Positions 19,828 through 30,443 are shown, counted from the first letter of the stretch. The stretch: 64,000 nucleotides of DNA from Candidatus Latescibacterota bacterium (GCA_965204725.1 OZ242005.1:64001-128000), one strand, 5' to 3'. Numbers and translations are program-made. The notes: a model not told the origin generated them from the sequence alone.

Positions 19828-21732
19828 TCAACCGTGAAAATAAGCGTGGCCCTCGCCCATAAACCAGAAGATATCCACCAGATACGACACCCCAATCCCC
19901 AAGAAGTACCCGGCGATCAACCCCATAAAAAACGGCCGTGCTTGGCGGTACGCGGCAAGGCCCCCATAGCGCATAATCGCGCTCTTGGCCACCCACGCCA
20001 GCAAGACCGAAAACGCGATGAGGCGGGTCATCCACAGCGGGGCTATTGCAATGCCCACCGGATGCAGCGGCCACCAGTGGAAGCGATACTGGAGGAAGGC
20101 CAAAATTGAGTAGGCCCCCATGCCGATACCAAAGTAGGACAGCTTGTTCCAGTCGGTGGGCCAAGGATCGTTGAAGTGGCGAATCACCCCGTTGTACGCC
20201 ATGCCGCCCGCGCCGCCGCCAGCGATAAAATACCAAGAGCCGAAATTGCCCGCGCCGTATTGGTAGCACAGCGAGAGGACGAAGTAAAGACACGTGGTAA
20301 AGCCCACTACGGCGGCAAGGCCCAGTGCCCAAGCCATCGACCGGCGAACCCGGTACAGTTCGCCGAGCCTTGCGCCGTGCGCCGCGGCCGGCATAAAGAG
20401 CGATTGCACGTCCCCGAACCACGTATAGGAAATCCCCAGCGCCACCAAATTGTGCCCGCCGATCCCCGTGCCGGTTATCGCCAGCGCAAAGGCCTGAGCA
20501 CCCACCGGCGGCGTCAAGAAATAGACCCCGGCCTGCACCACCAGTCGCGTGATGCCGTAATAGGCGACCAACACGCCAAAAACAAAGAGCGCGGCGATGT
20601 GGAGATCCATTCCAGACCGCCACAGCCAGCCGAGGATATAGACCAACGCGGCCATGAAGCCGCAAACCGCCGTGCGATAGGAAACCATTTCCTCGCGGTC
20701 GTCTATAGTTCGCCGTCCCCACAGGGCTTGGCGCACGACCGCCCCTAAATGGCCCCGCGCCATCCACAAGCTCAACAGCACCATCGCCGTAAATCCGCCC
20801 CAAGCCTGCCAAGAAAGCGACTGCATCCCCCAGACAAAGGCGTCGGGCCGCGTCACATCGTAGCCGATGCGGTTGGTAATGCCCTCTTGCAAGACAGCCA
20901 CCAAGTAAAAGAACACGATGCTGAACGAGACGTTGGTACTGACCAAGTACATAAAGCCGATCACCGGGAAGTAGAGCATTAAGCTGATCGTGGGAAACTC
21001 CCGGCTCAGTTGCAGATTGACGGCGTGGTTGAAGTTGATTTTGGGAAAGCCGATGTAGAACGAGCCAATGATATTGAAGAGGATCATCCCCAGTGGAATG
21101 GCCGCGCCGATCCAAAACCCCTTAGAACGCACAATCGCCCGCCCGTCGTCGTCGATCAGCAGGCGCGGCATCTCCATCAGGGGAAAGACTAGGCGCTCGT
21201 TCTCGACCCACTGACGGCGAAAGATCACCACCAAACAGAAGCAGGCAAAGTACAAGGTCAGAATCAGGCTCAACAGCCAAAACAGCGGCCCGATCCAGAC
21301 CTCGAAGGGCAGGGCTTGGCCTTTGGGCAGCCCTTCGTAAAACCAGCGCATGGCGTCGCCGTCAGCGCGCGGCACAACCCAATCGGGCAGGTAGGGATGA
21401 ATGTTGCCCGCCCAGTCGTTTTCCGGGGTGGCACCGTAGTACGGCGACGAAACAATCGCCAGCAAGGTGCCGACGATGAAGGTCGGAATCCCGGTCGCGG
21501 CCAAGCCCATAATCACCAAGGTCGCCAGCTCGGCCGGCCGCAACCTCCACGTGGGCCGCAGCCGGCGCACCAGCGCATTGGCCAGCAGAATCACCACGAA
21601 GCAAAAGCCGGCGCTAGTCGGAAAATACGACCAAGTAATCTCCGAAGAGCGCACCATCCAAATCGAATAGGGCGCCCCCGTAACAATGGCCACCACGACC
21701 ACAATCCCCAGCACGGCCGAGCGCAAAGTCAT
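19828..21732 (-). CDS. Polytopic membrane protein, DUF6785/DUF6784 (OPT-like) family
   Basis: Many TM helices; RRQWVENERLVFPL, WWPLHPVG, RYGG...ARPFFMGLI. Confidence 0.75.
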   Translation of the reverse strand: MTLRSAVLGIVVVVAIVTGAPYSIWMVRSSEITWSYFPTSAGFCFVVILLANALVRRLRPTWRLRPAELATLVIMGLAATGIPTFIVGTLLAIVSSPYYGATPENDWAGNIHPYLPDWVVPRADGDAMRWFYEGLPKGQALPFEVWIGPLFWLLSLILTLYFACFCLVVIFRRQWVENERLVFPLMEMPRLLIDDDGRAIVRSKGFWIGAAIPLGMILFNIIGSFYIGFPKINFNHAVNLQLSREFPTISLMLYFPVIGFMYLVSTNVSFSIVFFYLVAVLQEGITNRIGYDVTRPDAFVWGMQSLSWQAWGGFTAMVLLSLWMARGHLGAVVRQALWGRRTIDDREEMVSYRTAVCGFMAALVYILGWLWRSGMDLHIAALFVFGVLVAYYGITRLVVQAGVYFLTPPVGAQAFALAITGTGIGGHNLVALGISYTWFGDVQSLFMPAAAHGARLGELYRVRRSMAWALGLAAVVGFTTCLYFVLSLCYQYGAGNFGSWYFIAGGGAGGMAYNGVIRHFNDPWPTDWNKLSYFGIGMGAYSILAFLQYRFHWWPLHPVGIAIAPLWMTRLIAFSVLLAWVAKSAIMRYGGLAAYRQARPFFMGLIAGYFLGIGVSYLVDIFWFMGEGHAYFHG

Positions 21733-21825
21733 GTTCTATCGCCCCGGTGCAATCGACAGTTTACATCGTTCATTTTTTGTATTTTGATAGGACGCATCGG
21801 CCTTACAAGGTGCATACCGTCCGTT

Positions 21826-21991
21826 ATATAGCCGTCCTACGTCCTTATGGCGTTTTGGGTATGAGATACTTCGCTGCGCTCAGTATGACAAGGTCTGGGG
21901 CACGAAGTCCCCGTCTCGGTGTCATGCTGAGCGTAGCGCAGCGAAGTCGAAGCATCTCTACATGCTTGCAAGTCATTTAGGACTGCTATAT
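21826..21991. mobile_element. MITE-like element with terminal inverted repeats and internal palindrome
   Basis: atatagccgtccta / taggactgctatat (13/14 inverted match); internal arms 21863-21890 and 21920-21958. Confidence 0.55.
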
Positions 21992-22016
21992 TTATATTAC
22001 TACCAACGCACTGACT

Positions 22017-23192
22017 ATGTACAACAACCACCTCCTGCCCCTCATCCTCGCCCTGCTGCTGACGGCTTGCTCCAAGAGCACCGGCCCGGCTAGCGACCCG
22101 CAAACCCGCTGCCCGGACGCGCCCGGCACCATCTGCACTTGGGCCGGCACGGGCGAAGCCGGCTTTAATGGCGACGGGCTGCCGCTCCTATCCTCCAACC
22201 TGTACTGGCCCGTCGATATTACCTTCGTTCCCTCGGACGCGACCCCCTACCTCCTCGACTGGAACAACCACCGCGTCCGCCGCGTGACCCCGGAGGGGAC
22301 TCTCGTCACCGTCATCGGCACGGACTTCGTCGGCGATGGGCCGTACGATGAATCCGACCAAGTGCCCCCGGGCGCGCCCGGCACTGAAGTCCACCTCAAC
22401 CACCCGACCCACCTCCTGCCGCTGGCCGACGGCACGCTGCTGCTAACGGCTTGGCACAACCACAAGCTGCGCCTCTACGACCCGCAGACCGGGCTCGTCC
22501 AAGTGATATGCGGCGCGGGTCCGGGGTTTGCCGGCGACGGCGGCCCGGCCACCGACGCGCTTTTGAGCCAGCCGCCGCAGACGGTCTTAGGCCCCGACGG
22601 CGGGTTGTACATCCTCGACCAGCGCAATCAACGGGTGCGAAAAATAGACCGCGACGGCATTATCACTACCGTCGTCGGCACGGGCGAGGCCGGGTTTGGC
22701 GGCGATGGCGGCAGCCCGCTCCACGCCCAGTTGCAGCTCCCGGCCGGGGCCAACCCGCCGCCAGCCGGGAGCTTGGCTTTTGACCCGCAGGGCCGGCTCT
22801 ACATCGCCGACACCCTTAACCACCGCATCCGCCGCGTTGACTTTGACCGCGACCGGATTGAAACGGTGGCGGGCACGGGCGCGGCGGATTTCTTTGGCGA
22901 CGGCGGCCCGGCCCGTAGCGCAGCCTTTAACAACCCACGCGATTTGGCCTTGGGCCCAGACGGCCGGCTCTACATCGCCGACGAATTCAACCACCGCATC
23001 CGCGTCCTCGACCTAGCGACCGGCATCATTGAGACCGTGGTCGGCAGCGGCGAGGAGGGCTTTGCTGGCGACAGCGGCCCGGCCGGCAGCGCGGCCCTCA
23101 ACCGCCCGGCCGGACTCGACTTCGACCCGCAGGGGCGGCTCTATATCGCCGACACGTACAATCACCGCATCCGCCGCGTCGTTTTGCCATGA
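22017..23192 (+). CDS. NHL-repeat (teneurin-like) lipoprotein
   Basis: Lipobox LTAC; repeated GTGxAGFxGDGGPA and LYIADxxNHRIR. Confidence 0.9.
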   Translation: MYNNHLLPLILALLLTACSKSTGPASDPQTRCPDAPGTICTWAGTGEAGFNGDGLPLLSSNLYWPVDITFVPSDATPYLLDWNNHRVRRVTPEGTLVTVIGTDFVGDGPYDESDQVPPGAPGTEVHLNHPTHLLPLADGTLLLTAWHNHKLRLYDPQTGLVQVICGAGPGFAGDGGPATDALLSQPPQTVLGPDGGLYILDQRNQRVRKIDRDGIITTVVGTGEAGFGGDGGSPLHAQLQLPAGANPPPAGSLAFDPQGRLYIADTLNHRIRRVDFDRDRIETVAGTGAADFFGDGGPARSAAFNNPRDLALGPDGRLYIADEFNHRIRVLDLATGIIETVVGSGEEGFAGDSGPAGSAALNRPAGLDFDPQGRLYIADTYNHRIRRVVLP

Positions 23193-24310
23193 TCTACGCC
23201 GCGTTCTTGCTCATCGCCCTATTCGCCTGCGGGGAAACGCCGACCAGCCCTAGCGACCCCTACGGACGCATCGAAACCTTTGCCGGCACCGGCGACGCGG
23301 GCAAAGGCCCGGAAGAAACGACGCCGCGGCAAGCGCACTTCTACCTGCCGCAAGACCTGACCTACGGCCCCGACGGGCGGCTCTACATCCTCGACTGGAA
23401 CAACCACCGCGTCCGCGTGGTCGCCGACGACCGCATCACCACCCTGATTGGCACCGGCGAACTCGGCGACGCCCCAGCCGGCCGGGCGCGTGAAATTGGT
23501 CTCAACCATCCGACGCACATCTCCTTTGACCCGCTCGGACGCCTGATCCTCTCGGCTTGGCACAACTCGCTCATCCTGCGCTACGACTTTGCCACCGACT
23601 ATATCGAGCCGATCTGTGGCACGGGCGAGCGCGACTATGGCGGCGATGGCGGCCCGGCCGCACGGGCGCAGATCAACCTGCCGAGCGCGACCGCCTTTGA
23701 CCCGCTCGGACGCATGTACATCTCCGACCAAGAAAACCAGCGCGTCCGCATGATCGACCTCGACGGCACGATCTCCACGGTCGTCGGCACCGGCCAGCCG
23801 GGGTTTGCCGGCGACGGCGGCCCGGCCACCGACGCCCAGATCTGGGCACCCGTAAGCCAAGCCGCGCCGCCCACCAGCCGCATCGCCATCGACGATTTGG
23901 GCAACCTCTACCTCGCCGATACCTTCAACAACCGCATCCGCAAGGTGGATGCAGCGACCGGCATCATCACCACCATCGCCGGCAATGGGGCCAGCCGCCC
24001 TGCGCCCAGCAGCGAAGAAGACGGGGCCGACGCGCTCGCGGTTTTTCTGTACTGGCCCTGCGACGTGGCCATTGACTCGGCGGGCCGCGTGTTCTTGGCC
24101 GACACCTTTAACCACTGCGTGCGCCGCATTGAACTCGACGGCACGATCTCCACGGTGGCCGGTCAGTGCGGCCAATCCGGCGACCACGGCGACGGCGGCC
24201 CGCCGCAATCGGCCCTGCTCAACCGCCCCTACGGCATTGAACTCGACCCGGACGACAACCTCTACATCGCCGATACGCGCAATCACCGCATCCGCCTCGT
24301 GCGAAAGTGA
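23189..24310 (+). CDS. NHL-repeat (teneurin-like) lipoprotein, paralog
   Basis: Lipobox LFAC; same repeats; ATGA overlap with upstream gene. Confidence 0.9.
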   Translation: MIYAAFLLIALFACGETPTSPSDPYGRIETFAGTGDAGKGPEETTPRQAHFYLPQDLTYGPDGRLYILDWNNHRVRVVADDRITTLIGTGELGDAPAGRAREIGLNHPTHISFDPLGRLILSAWHNSLILRYDFATDYIEPICGTGERDYGGDGGPAARAQINLPSATAFDPLGRMYISDQENQRVRMIDLDGTISTVVGTGQPGFAGDGGPATDAQIWAPVSQAAPPTSRIAIDDLGNLYLADTFNNRIRKVDAATGIITTIAGNGASRPAPSSEEDGADALAVFLYWPCDVAIDSAGRVFLADTFNHCVRRIELDGTISTVAGQCGQSGDHGDGGPPQSALLNRPYGIELDPDDNLYIADTRNHRIRLVRK

Positions 24311-24312
24311 AA

Positions 24313-25116
24313 TCAGGGGCCGGGGGACTCAGCGCCCAGATTGCCCTCGGCGATCACCGCCCCGGCAAATCCCTCCGCGACCATCCGCTCGGCAAATGCC
24401 TGCACCGCAGATTGGGGCAGCAGGGCGTTGTTGCTGATGATCAAATCTGCCCCCACGTGGCGGACGCCGCGCAACCCATCGAGGCTTTGCAACGCGCCGT
24501 TGCCGCTGACTTCCAAAAAGTCCCGCACCCTAGCTAAGTAGTGCAGGCCCTCTAGACTTTGCAGCGCGTCGTTGAACCAGATATCCACGCTGCCTTCGAT
24601 GGCCACGAGGTGCGACAGGTCCGTCAGCGACGCCAGCGCCTCATTGCGGACGAGCGCCAAACCCCCGCGGACCGCGGCCAAACTCTCCAGCCCTTTGAGC
24701 GAGCGCAGGGCCTTGTTTTCAAAGATCAACAGCCCTTCCACCACGTGCGCGGCTTTCCCGGCGGCCTCCGCCGGGCCTAGCCCCGCCCCGACGCTTTCCA
24801 GCCCTTCCAGCCCCGCGAGGCTTTCCAAGCGGTCGTTAAACCAAATCTCAACGCTGCCCTCAACGCGCCGCAGCCCTTCCAAGCCCGTCAGCGCGACCAA
24901 GTCGGTCCCGGCGATCTGCAAGTCGCCGTCGATTATATACGCGGCCCCCCCTCTGGCTCTCAGGGCCGCAATATCGGCCGACGACGCAATGACAACGCCT
25001 TCTTGCAGGGTGACCGGGGCCACCGGTTGCAAGATGACCGGGGCCACTGGGTCTTTGCCGCAGCCTGCCAGCGCGACGAGCAACAGCGCGATTACCCGCT
25101 CAAAAATCCCGCGCAC
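24313..25116 (-). CDS. Receptor-L-domain-like (LRR) lipoprotein
   Basis: Lipobox LAGC; repeats LxSLxGLxxLxxVxGxLxIxxN; start (GTG 25116) uncertain. Confidence 0.75.
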   Translation of the reverse strand: MRGIFERVIALLLVALAGCGKDPVAPVILQPVAPVTLQEGVVIASSADIAALRARGGAAYIIDGDLQIAGTDLVALTGLEGLRRVEGSVEIWFNDRLESLAGLEGLESVGAGLGPAEAAGKAAHVVEGLLIFENKALRSLKGLESLAAVRGGLALVRNEALASLTDLSHLVAIEGSVDIWFNDALQSLEGLHYLARVRDFLEVSGNGALQSLDGLRGVRHVGADLIISNNALLPQSAVQAFAERMVAEGFAGAVIAEGNLGAESPGP

Positions 25117-25930
25117 ACCGGAACCCAATGTCTATATCGGTTTCGAGCGGGCGATAGGCTTCCCGATTCGCTGCGGGCAGGGCCTCCTTCTCAAACCACC
25201 ACGACCCGCCCCGCAGCACCCCGAACTCGCCGCGCAACGGCCCCTGCGGATTGTCGCGGGGGCTTTCTGCGTAGTACGTGTCCCCGTACCAATCGGCGAC
25301 CCACTCCCACACATTGCCCGCCATGTCGTGTGCCCCATACGGCGACGCGCCAGCCGGGCGGCTGCCCACCGGCTCGGTCGTTCCAGCGATAAAGCGAAAG
25401 TTGGCCTCGTCGCCTGCGAGCTCGTAGCCCCAAGGATACGGGCGGCCGTCGGTTCCGCGCGCGGCCTTCTCCCACTCGGCCTCGGTCGGCAGCCGCAGGC
25501 CAGCCCACGCGCAATAGTCGATCGCGTATTGGCGGTTCACGCAGTTGATGGGATGGGTGTCGTCGGCAAAGCCGTCGTAGTTGCAGTTCGGAGCGTAGGC
25601 CGGCTCTTCGCAGGCATCGGCCTCCACGCAACGCCGATACCGCCCGACAGTGACCTCGAACTGGTCGATGTAGTACGCGGCCAGAAAAACTGGGTGCGGC
25701 GGCGCCTCGTCCGGGTCGCCGGCGTTCCAACCCATCACAAAGAGGCCCTCGGGCACGAGGACCATGGCGTGATCAACTTCGCTGATCGCGGGCGCGGCGG
25801 TGGGATCTTCAGAGGGAGGGGCCGCGCCGGATGGAGGGGGCGCGACCACGCGATCGCCGCTCGGTTGCCCGCGGTCCTTTGGGCCGCAACCCAGCGCCCA
25901 CAAGGCCATACACACCAGTGCAAAACGCAA
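25100..25930 (-). CDS. FGE-sulfatase/SUMF1-fold lipoprotein
   Basis: Lipobox ALGC; RLPTEAEWEKAARG, DMAGNVWEW, RGGSW, IGFRCA; start placed at TTG 25930 after GAGGGG. Confidence 0.85.
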   Translation of the reverse strand: MRFALVCMALWALGCGPKDRGQPSGDRVVAPPPSGAAPPSEDPTAAPAISEVDHAMVLVPEGLFVMGWNAGDPDEAPPHPVFLAAYYIDQFEVTVGRYRRCVEADACEEPAYAPNCNYDGFADDTHPINCVNRQYAIDYCAWAGLRLPTEAEWEKAARGTDGRPYPWGYELAGDEANFRFIAGTTEPVGSRPAGASPYGAHDMAGNVWEWVADWYGDTYYAESPRDNPQGPLRGEFGVLRGGSWWFEKEALPAANREAYRPLETDIDIGFRCARDF

Positions 25931-25941
25931 CGGGCAGCCCC

Positions 25942-27933
25942 TCAGAACACGACCTGCGACACGGCCTTGGAAATCAGCGCGACGGCAATGGACGTCATGC
26001 CGATTAGGCCCACGCCGCACGAGTACCCAGCCAGCACGATGGGCGCGTACGCGTACCAACGCTCGGGGCCAAAGCGCTTTTGCAAGTAGAAGCGGCCCAG
26101 CAGGGCGCCGACGAAGTTGAGGATGGCAAAGTGCGGCCAGCCGCCGAGGCCGGCGACAAAACCATAGAAGATCCCCAGCGGCGCACTCAGCGCACTCAGC
26201 AGCGCGTACAACGCGCCGCTAAAGACCAGCCCAACCCCGATGTAATCCCAGCGAATAATTTGCGTCACCAAGCTCTGGCCCGCGCCCGGCAGCGTTGACT
26301 TGGCCCAAAACGCCTGCATCGTGGCGTGGAAGGGCCACATCTTTTGCACGAATGGGTAGGCCGAGGAGGGAATCGGCCCGAGCTTCCAGATCAGCGACCA
26401 GAACAGGAAGCTACACGCGAACATGACGGCCAAGGTCAGGGCCGTCATCTTGACGATGCTGCCAAAGCGGGTGCGGGTTAGCTGGAGTTGCTTAAACACT
26501 TGCGCCTCGTAGCCCCACTGAAAGATCGGCACTGGCGCGAACCAAATCCCAGCCCCTTGGTAGCCAGACAAATAGAAGCTGGCCTCGCGCAGATAGGGGA
26601 ACGTAACGCCCTGCGGCGACCCGGTCAGGCCGATCATCCGCGTGCCGATGTACGAATAGATCGGCGTCCACACAAAGCCAAAGAGCGCGGTGATCCACCA
26701 AGGAAAATCGGGCACCAAATAGTACACCATCAGCACAAAGCCCAGCGTGCTCACCGCCCAAATTCCCAAAGCCGTGGCTATGCGGATGTCGCCGCGCTCG
26801 GGGGAGACCTCCTTGAGTGGGGCGCGCTCCTTGCCGGCCGCGAGCAAGACCTTGCCCGCCGTATAAAAGCCAATGGCCGCGACCACGATGGCCCCTCCCA
26901 GCGAAAAGCTCAGCCAGAAGTCGAAGGTATTGGCGATCTGGGTGGGAATCGACGACATGCCCGGCTCCCAAGTGTGCAGGATGCCGTAGGCATAGAGGAC
27001 GGGATTGGCGACCAAGTTCACCAAGATCGACGAGGAAAATACCCCGACTACGACCCAAAACGGCAGCACCAAGCCGAATAGCACGTGGATCAAATCCGTG
27101 GCCAAGCCGATGACTGCGGCAGGCAAAACCGCCTTGAGCGGCACTGTGAAGTCGATGAAGGGGATCGGCAAAATCGACACGGTTTCGGTCAAAAAAACCG
27201 ACGACAGCGTGGGCACCACCACGTAGAATACCCCCCACACGGCCCCGATAAAGGCCCCCGTGCTGAACACGTGCCAGCGCCAACCCTCCTGCTTGGCCGA
27301 GGTCTCGGCGAGGGCCGTCGCGCCGCCGGCCTGTACGTAGGCCATGGGAAAGGGCAAGCGCTCAATGTCGTGGGTGATGCGGAAGAGCACGTAGCCCAAC
27401 GACAGGGCATTGACGCGCTGCAGGGCAACGGCGCAGAGGAGGATGACGATGGGCTTGAGCCACGCGCCGGCGAGGAAGCTGCGCTCTAAGAGCGCGTCCG
27501 AACCCCGCGGGGGCACGACCCAAGTGGGAATGTGTTCGGCCAGCCCGTCGGCCTGGGGCGATTGGATCAGATATTGATCCCAGATCAACACGCCAAATGG
27601 GCCGCCGAACAGGTCGGCCCCCGTGCCCAGCTTGCCGCCCATGATCACCAAGCCCCCGGCCACCCAGTAGAGGATGATGATCTCTTGGGTCCGCAGGGTC
27701 ACAAAGGTGCGCTTGGCCATTTCGATAAAGAGAATCAAGGTGACCCATTCGGCACCCCCGGCCATGCTCATCCCCGTCACCAGCCCGAGGTAAATCGCGC
27801 CCGGCAGCATCACGAAGCCGACGAAGAGCGCGGCCCACAGGGTCTTTGCATTAAAGCCCGGTTCAAACGGGGCGTCGGCGGGCATAACCGCGAAGCGCTC
27901 TGGGGCGTTGGCCGACGACAAAGACAAAATCAC
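25942..27933 (-). CDS. OPT-like (oligopeptide transporter-related) membrane protein
   Basis: Many TM helices; DIERLPFPMA, PIPSSAYP; start uncertain (GTG 27933 or ATG 27885). Confidence 0.7.
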   Translation of the reverse strand: MILSLSSANAPERFAVMPADAPFEPGFNAKTLWAALFVGFVMLPGAIYLGLVTGMSMAGGAEWVTLILFIEMAKRTFVTLRTQEIIILYWVAGGLVIMGGKLGTGADLFGGPFGVLIWDQYLIQSPQADGLAEHIPTWVVPPRGSDALLERSFLAGAWLKPIVILLCAVALQRVNALSLGYVLFRITHDIERLPFPMAYVQAGGATALAETSAKQEGWRWHVFSTGAFIGAVWGVFYVVVPTLSSVFLTETVSILPIPFIDFTVPLKAVLPAAVIGLATDLIHVLFGLVLPFWVVVGVFSSSILVNLVANPVLYAYGILHTWEPGMSSIPTQIANTFDFWLSFSLGGAIVVAAIGFYTAGKVLLAAGKERAPLKEVSPERGDIRIATALGIWAVSTLGFVLMVYYLVPDFPWWITALFGFVWTPIYSYIGTRMIGLTGSPQGVTFPYLREASFYLSGYQGAGIWFAPVPIFQWGYEAQVFKQLQLTRTRFGSIVKMTALTLAVMFACSFLFWSLIWKLGPIPSSAYPFVQKMWPFHATMQAFWAKSTLPGAGQSLVTQIIRWDYIGVGLVFSGALYALLSALSAPLGIFYGFVAGLGGWPHFAILNFVGALLGRFYLQKRFGPERWYAYAPIVLAGYSCGVGLIGMTSIAVALISKAVSQVVF

Positions 27934-27946
27934 TCCCCTCGCTTGC

Positions 27947-29599
27947 TCAGTTCTGCACCGACTCGTCGGCCAAGTACCGCAGGTGCTCTTCATACACCTC
28001 AATCTGCGCGGCGTATTTTTCGTGCAAATCCCGCAGGTAGCGATTGAAGAACGCCCGCTCGACGCGCTCCCGCACATCCCGCACCACCGCATTCCGCACC
28101 CTCTCAAGGTCTAGGCCGTGATAAATCTCTGGGTATCGTGCGATCACCCGGAAGATCGAATAGCCTCCTCTCGTTTGGATCGGCCCTTGGAGTTGGTCTA
28201 ACTCGGCGTTCATCACCGCGTTCATCCAAGCCTCCCCCAAAAAGGGGGCCTGTGACTCGGAGACGTATAGGAGACCATCTTCGGCGTTGCGGCGGCGACT
28301 GTGGGCGCGAGCCAGCGCCGACCACTCGGCCCCCGCCTCAATCTGCGCGGCGATTTGTCGCGCCTCGCTTGGGGTTTCGAGCAAAATCTCCTCTAATTGG
28401 GCGTGGGGCGGGCTGCGGAAGCGGCGCTTGTGCTCCTCGTAGAAGGCCCGTAGCTCGTCCTCGGTCGGCTCGGGGGCCTCTGTCAAAATTTGCTCGCGCA
28501 GCTTTATCAACATCAAGTTGCCCAACGCCAAAGCATGAGACCGCGCAAAAGCCTCGGTTTTATCGAGGCCCTTGCGCCGAGCGTCGTGGGCCATCAGGCG
28601 GGTGGGGAAGTGGTTCTCCGATAGTTTCTCGTTGACCGCGTCGGCGCTGGCTTCCGGCCACCGTTGGCCCGAGGGCCGCACGGCCTCTACGACCTCGGCC
28701 ACATCCATAAGCAAGCCCTCAAAAGCATAGACCGGCTGCTGGCGCTGCGCCTCGTCCAAGTCGGCATAGTCTAACGCGCCCTGTAAGACAGCTACGACCA
28801 CATCCATGCCCTCGGCGTCAAACACCGTGTCCAAATCCCACTTGAGGTGCCGCAGGTACGATTCGCGCAGTTGCTTTTGCTGCTCGTCGCGCAGTGCTTG
28901 GCGGATGCCTTCCTCGACCTCGGCCAAATCAACGCGGTCGCGCTCGGCCACCTTGGCGATGACGAATCCTCCGTGCAAGGGGAGCGGCTCGGTCACGCCG
29001 CCGACGGGCAGGGCGAAAACGGCTTGGGCTAGGTCGCGGGGGCTGTCGAAGGGCGAATAGGCCAGCCGCCGGATTTCGCCGGTGTGCATGCCGTAGTAAG
29101 GGTCGGCCGCGAATTGACGACCGGCTTCCGCAAAGTCCGCGCCCTGCGCCAAAAGCCCTTGCACCTGCCGCGCCTGCTGCCGACTGGGGACAAAAATCTC
29201 CAGCGCGACGACTTTTTCTCCCCACCCCGGCCGCGTGTAGGCCGCTGCGACGTCGTCCTCATCAACCGCGACCTTGGCCGCGACATTGCGCTGCATCATC
29301 ACGTCGGCGAGGGCCTTGGTTTCGCGCTGGGCGAGTTCGGCCAAGACCGCTTCATCGCGCTGCAACCCCCGGTGGTTGGCCTCCAAAAGCAATACCTCGC
29401 GGTCTATGAGCGTCTGCAAGTTGGCCCGGTGCTGGGCGCGCTGGGCCGCCGTTTTGAGGCTGTTCTCGAAAGTGTGCAGATCGGCCACGGTAATTTCGAC
29501 CTCCCCGACCTGAGCCAGCAGCGAGGCGTTGTCCGGCCGCTCGTCGCCGCAGCCAATACAGGCTCCGACTAGCAGGCAGGCTAACGGCAATTTGTGCAT
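27947..29599 (-). CDS. Parvulin-type peptidyl-prolyl isomerase / SurA-PrsA-like lipoprotein with two PPIase-like modules
   Basis: Lipobox CIGC; LQTLIDREVLL, GADFAEAG, GAEWSALARAHS, GPIQTRGGYSIF. Confidence 0.78.
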   Translation of the reverse strand: MHKLPLACLLVGACIGCGDERPDNASLLAQVGEVEITVADLHTFENSLKTAAQRAQHRANLQTLIDREVLLLEANHRGLQRDEAVLAELAQRETKALADVMMQRNVAAKVAVDEDDVAAAYTRPGWGEKVVALEIFVPSRQQARQVQGLLAQGADFAEAGRQFAADPYYGMHTGEIRRLAYSPFDSPRDLAQAVFALPVGGVTEPLPLHGGFVIAKVAERDRVDLAEVEEGIRQALRDEQQKQLRESYLRHLKWDLDTVFDAEGMDVVVAVLQGALDYADLDEAQRQQPVYAFEGLLMDVAEVVEAVRPSGQRWPEASADAVNEKLSENHFPTRLMAHDARRKGLDKTEAFARSHALALGNLMLIKLREQILTEAPEPTEDELRAFYEEHKRRFRSPPHAQLEEILLETPSEARQIAAQIEAGAEWSALARAHSRRRNAEDGLLYVSESQAPFLGEAWMNAVMNAELDQLQGPIQTRGGYSIFRVIARYPEIYHGLDLERVRNAVVRDVRERVERAFFNRYLRDLHEKYAAQIEVYEEHLRYLADESVQN

Positions 29600-29675
29600 A
29601 AAAAGAGGAGCTAGACGGAAGGTCCAGCTCCTCGCAACGAGCCATCCTGCCATACGCGCTACCAGTGCCGGGGCC

Positions 29676-30443
29676 TCAACTCGTCCCATCCGCTGGGGCT
29701 TTTTCCCTCGTGCCTTGGTCCACTGCAAAGCGGAACTCGACGTCGATGGTCTCTTCGGGGTTGCCGCTGGCGTCGAACGAAAGCACAAATTCGCGGAAGG
29801 TCAGCAGCAATTCGTCGTTTTCTGGCAGCAACGGGTCGAAAACCAACATGCCTTTTTGGCTGCTATCGCGGAAGATGGGGCGATGGCGGTGAAAAACCGT
29901 CTTGTAGATAATGCCCATGCGCTCCAAGTTGATTTCGCGCTCATTGCCCGAAGTTCCCAGCTCCATTTTGTAGTACTTGGTGAAGCTGTTGGCCCCCAAC
30001 ACGATGGCCCCCTCGCGCCCGGGATCGTAGTAGCGATAGGTCTCGCCGCCCGATTCCATGGTCGCCTTGGCCGGGTCGAATTCAATTTTGGCATAGGTCA
30101 GGTTTACGACCTCGACCTCAAAGACTGTGAACTGCGGCGGGATATAGCCCTTTTCGGGATCAATAGTGCCCCGGGTGTAGGGGTTCACGTGGCGACCGTC
30201 GTACAGGGGCGGGAAGCGCTCGTTGAGCTCGGGGTCGCTCAGATGCCGCACCTTGATCAAAAGCCCCTCTTTGCTAAATACCATCGAGCTGTCGTCCGGG
30301 TCGATGGTGTAATCGCCGCGGCCCTCGGGCAGGACGGGCATCACGTGTAGATCGTACACGCGCTGCGGCGGAATTAGCCCGCCGCAGCTCCAGACTAGCC
30401 CGAGCGCCACGAAGCCGAGGAGCACCATGTACCTCGTTCTCAT
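29676..30443 (-). CDS. Uncharacterised lipoprotein (paralog of 41472-42254)
   Basis: Lipobox VWSC; GGGAG RBS; shared motifs with paralog. Confidence 0.78.
   Translation of the reverse strand: MRTRYMVLLGFVALGLVWSCGGLIPPQRVYDLHVMPVLPEGRGDYTIDPDDSSMVFSKEGLLIKVRHLSDPELNERFPPLYDGRHVNPYTRGTIDPEKGYIPPQFTVFEVEVVNLTYAKIEFDPAKATMESGGETYRYYDPGREGAIVLGANSFTKYYKMELGTSGNEREINLERMGIIYKTVFHRHRPIFRDSSQKGMLVFDPLLPENDELLLTFREFVLSFDASGNPEETIDVEFRFAVDQGTREKAPADGTS

Noticed and set aside
25100-25300. FGE-fold C-terminus as a DGR target, or as a true formylglycine-generating enzyme
   Set aside because: No template repeat or RT seen; the catalytic Cys pair after RGGS is absent
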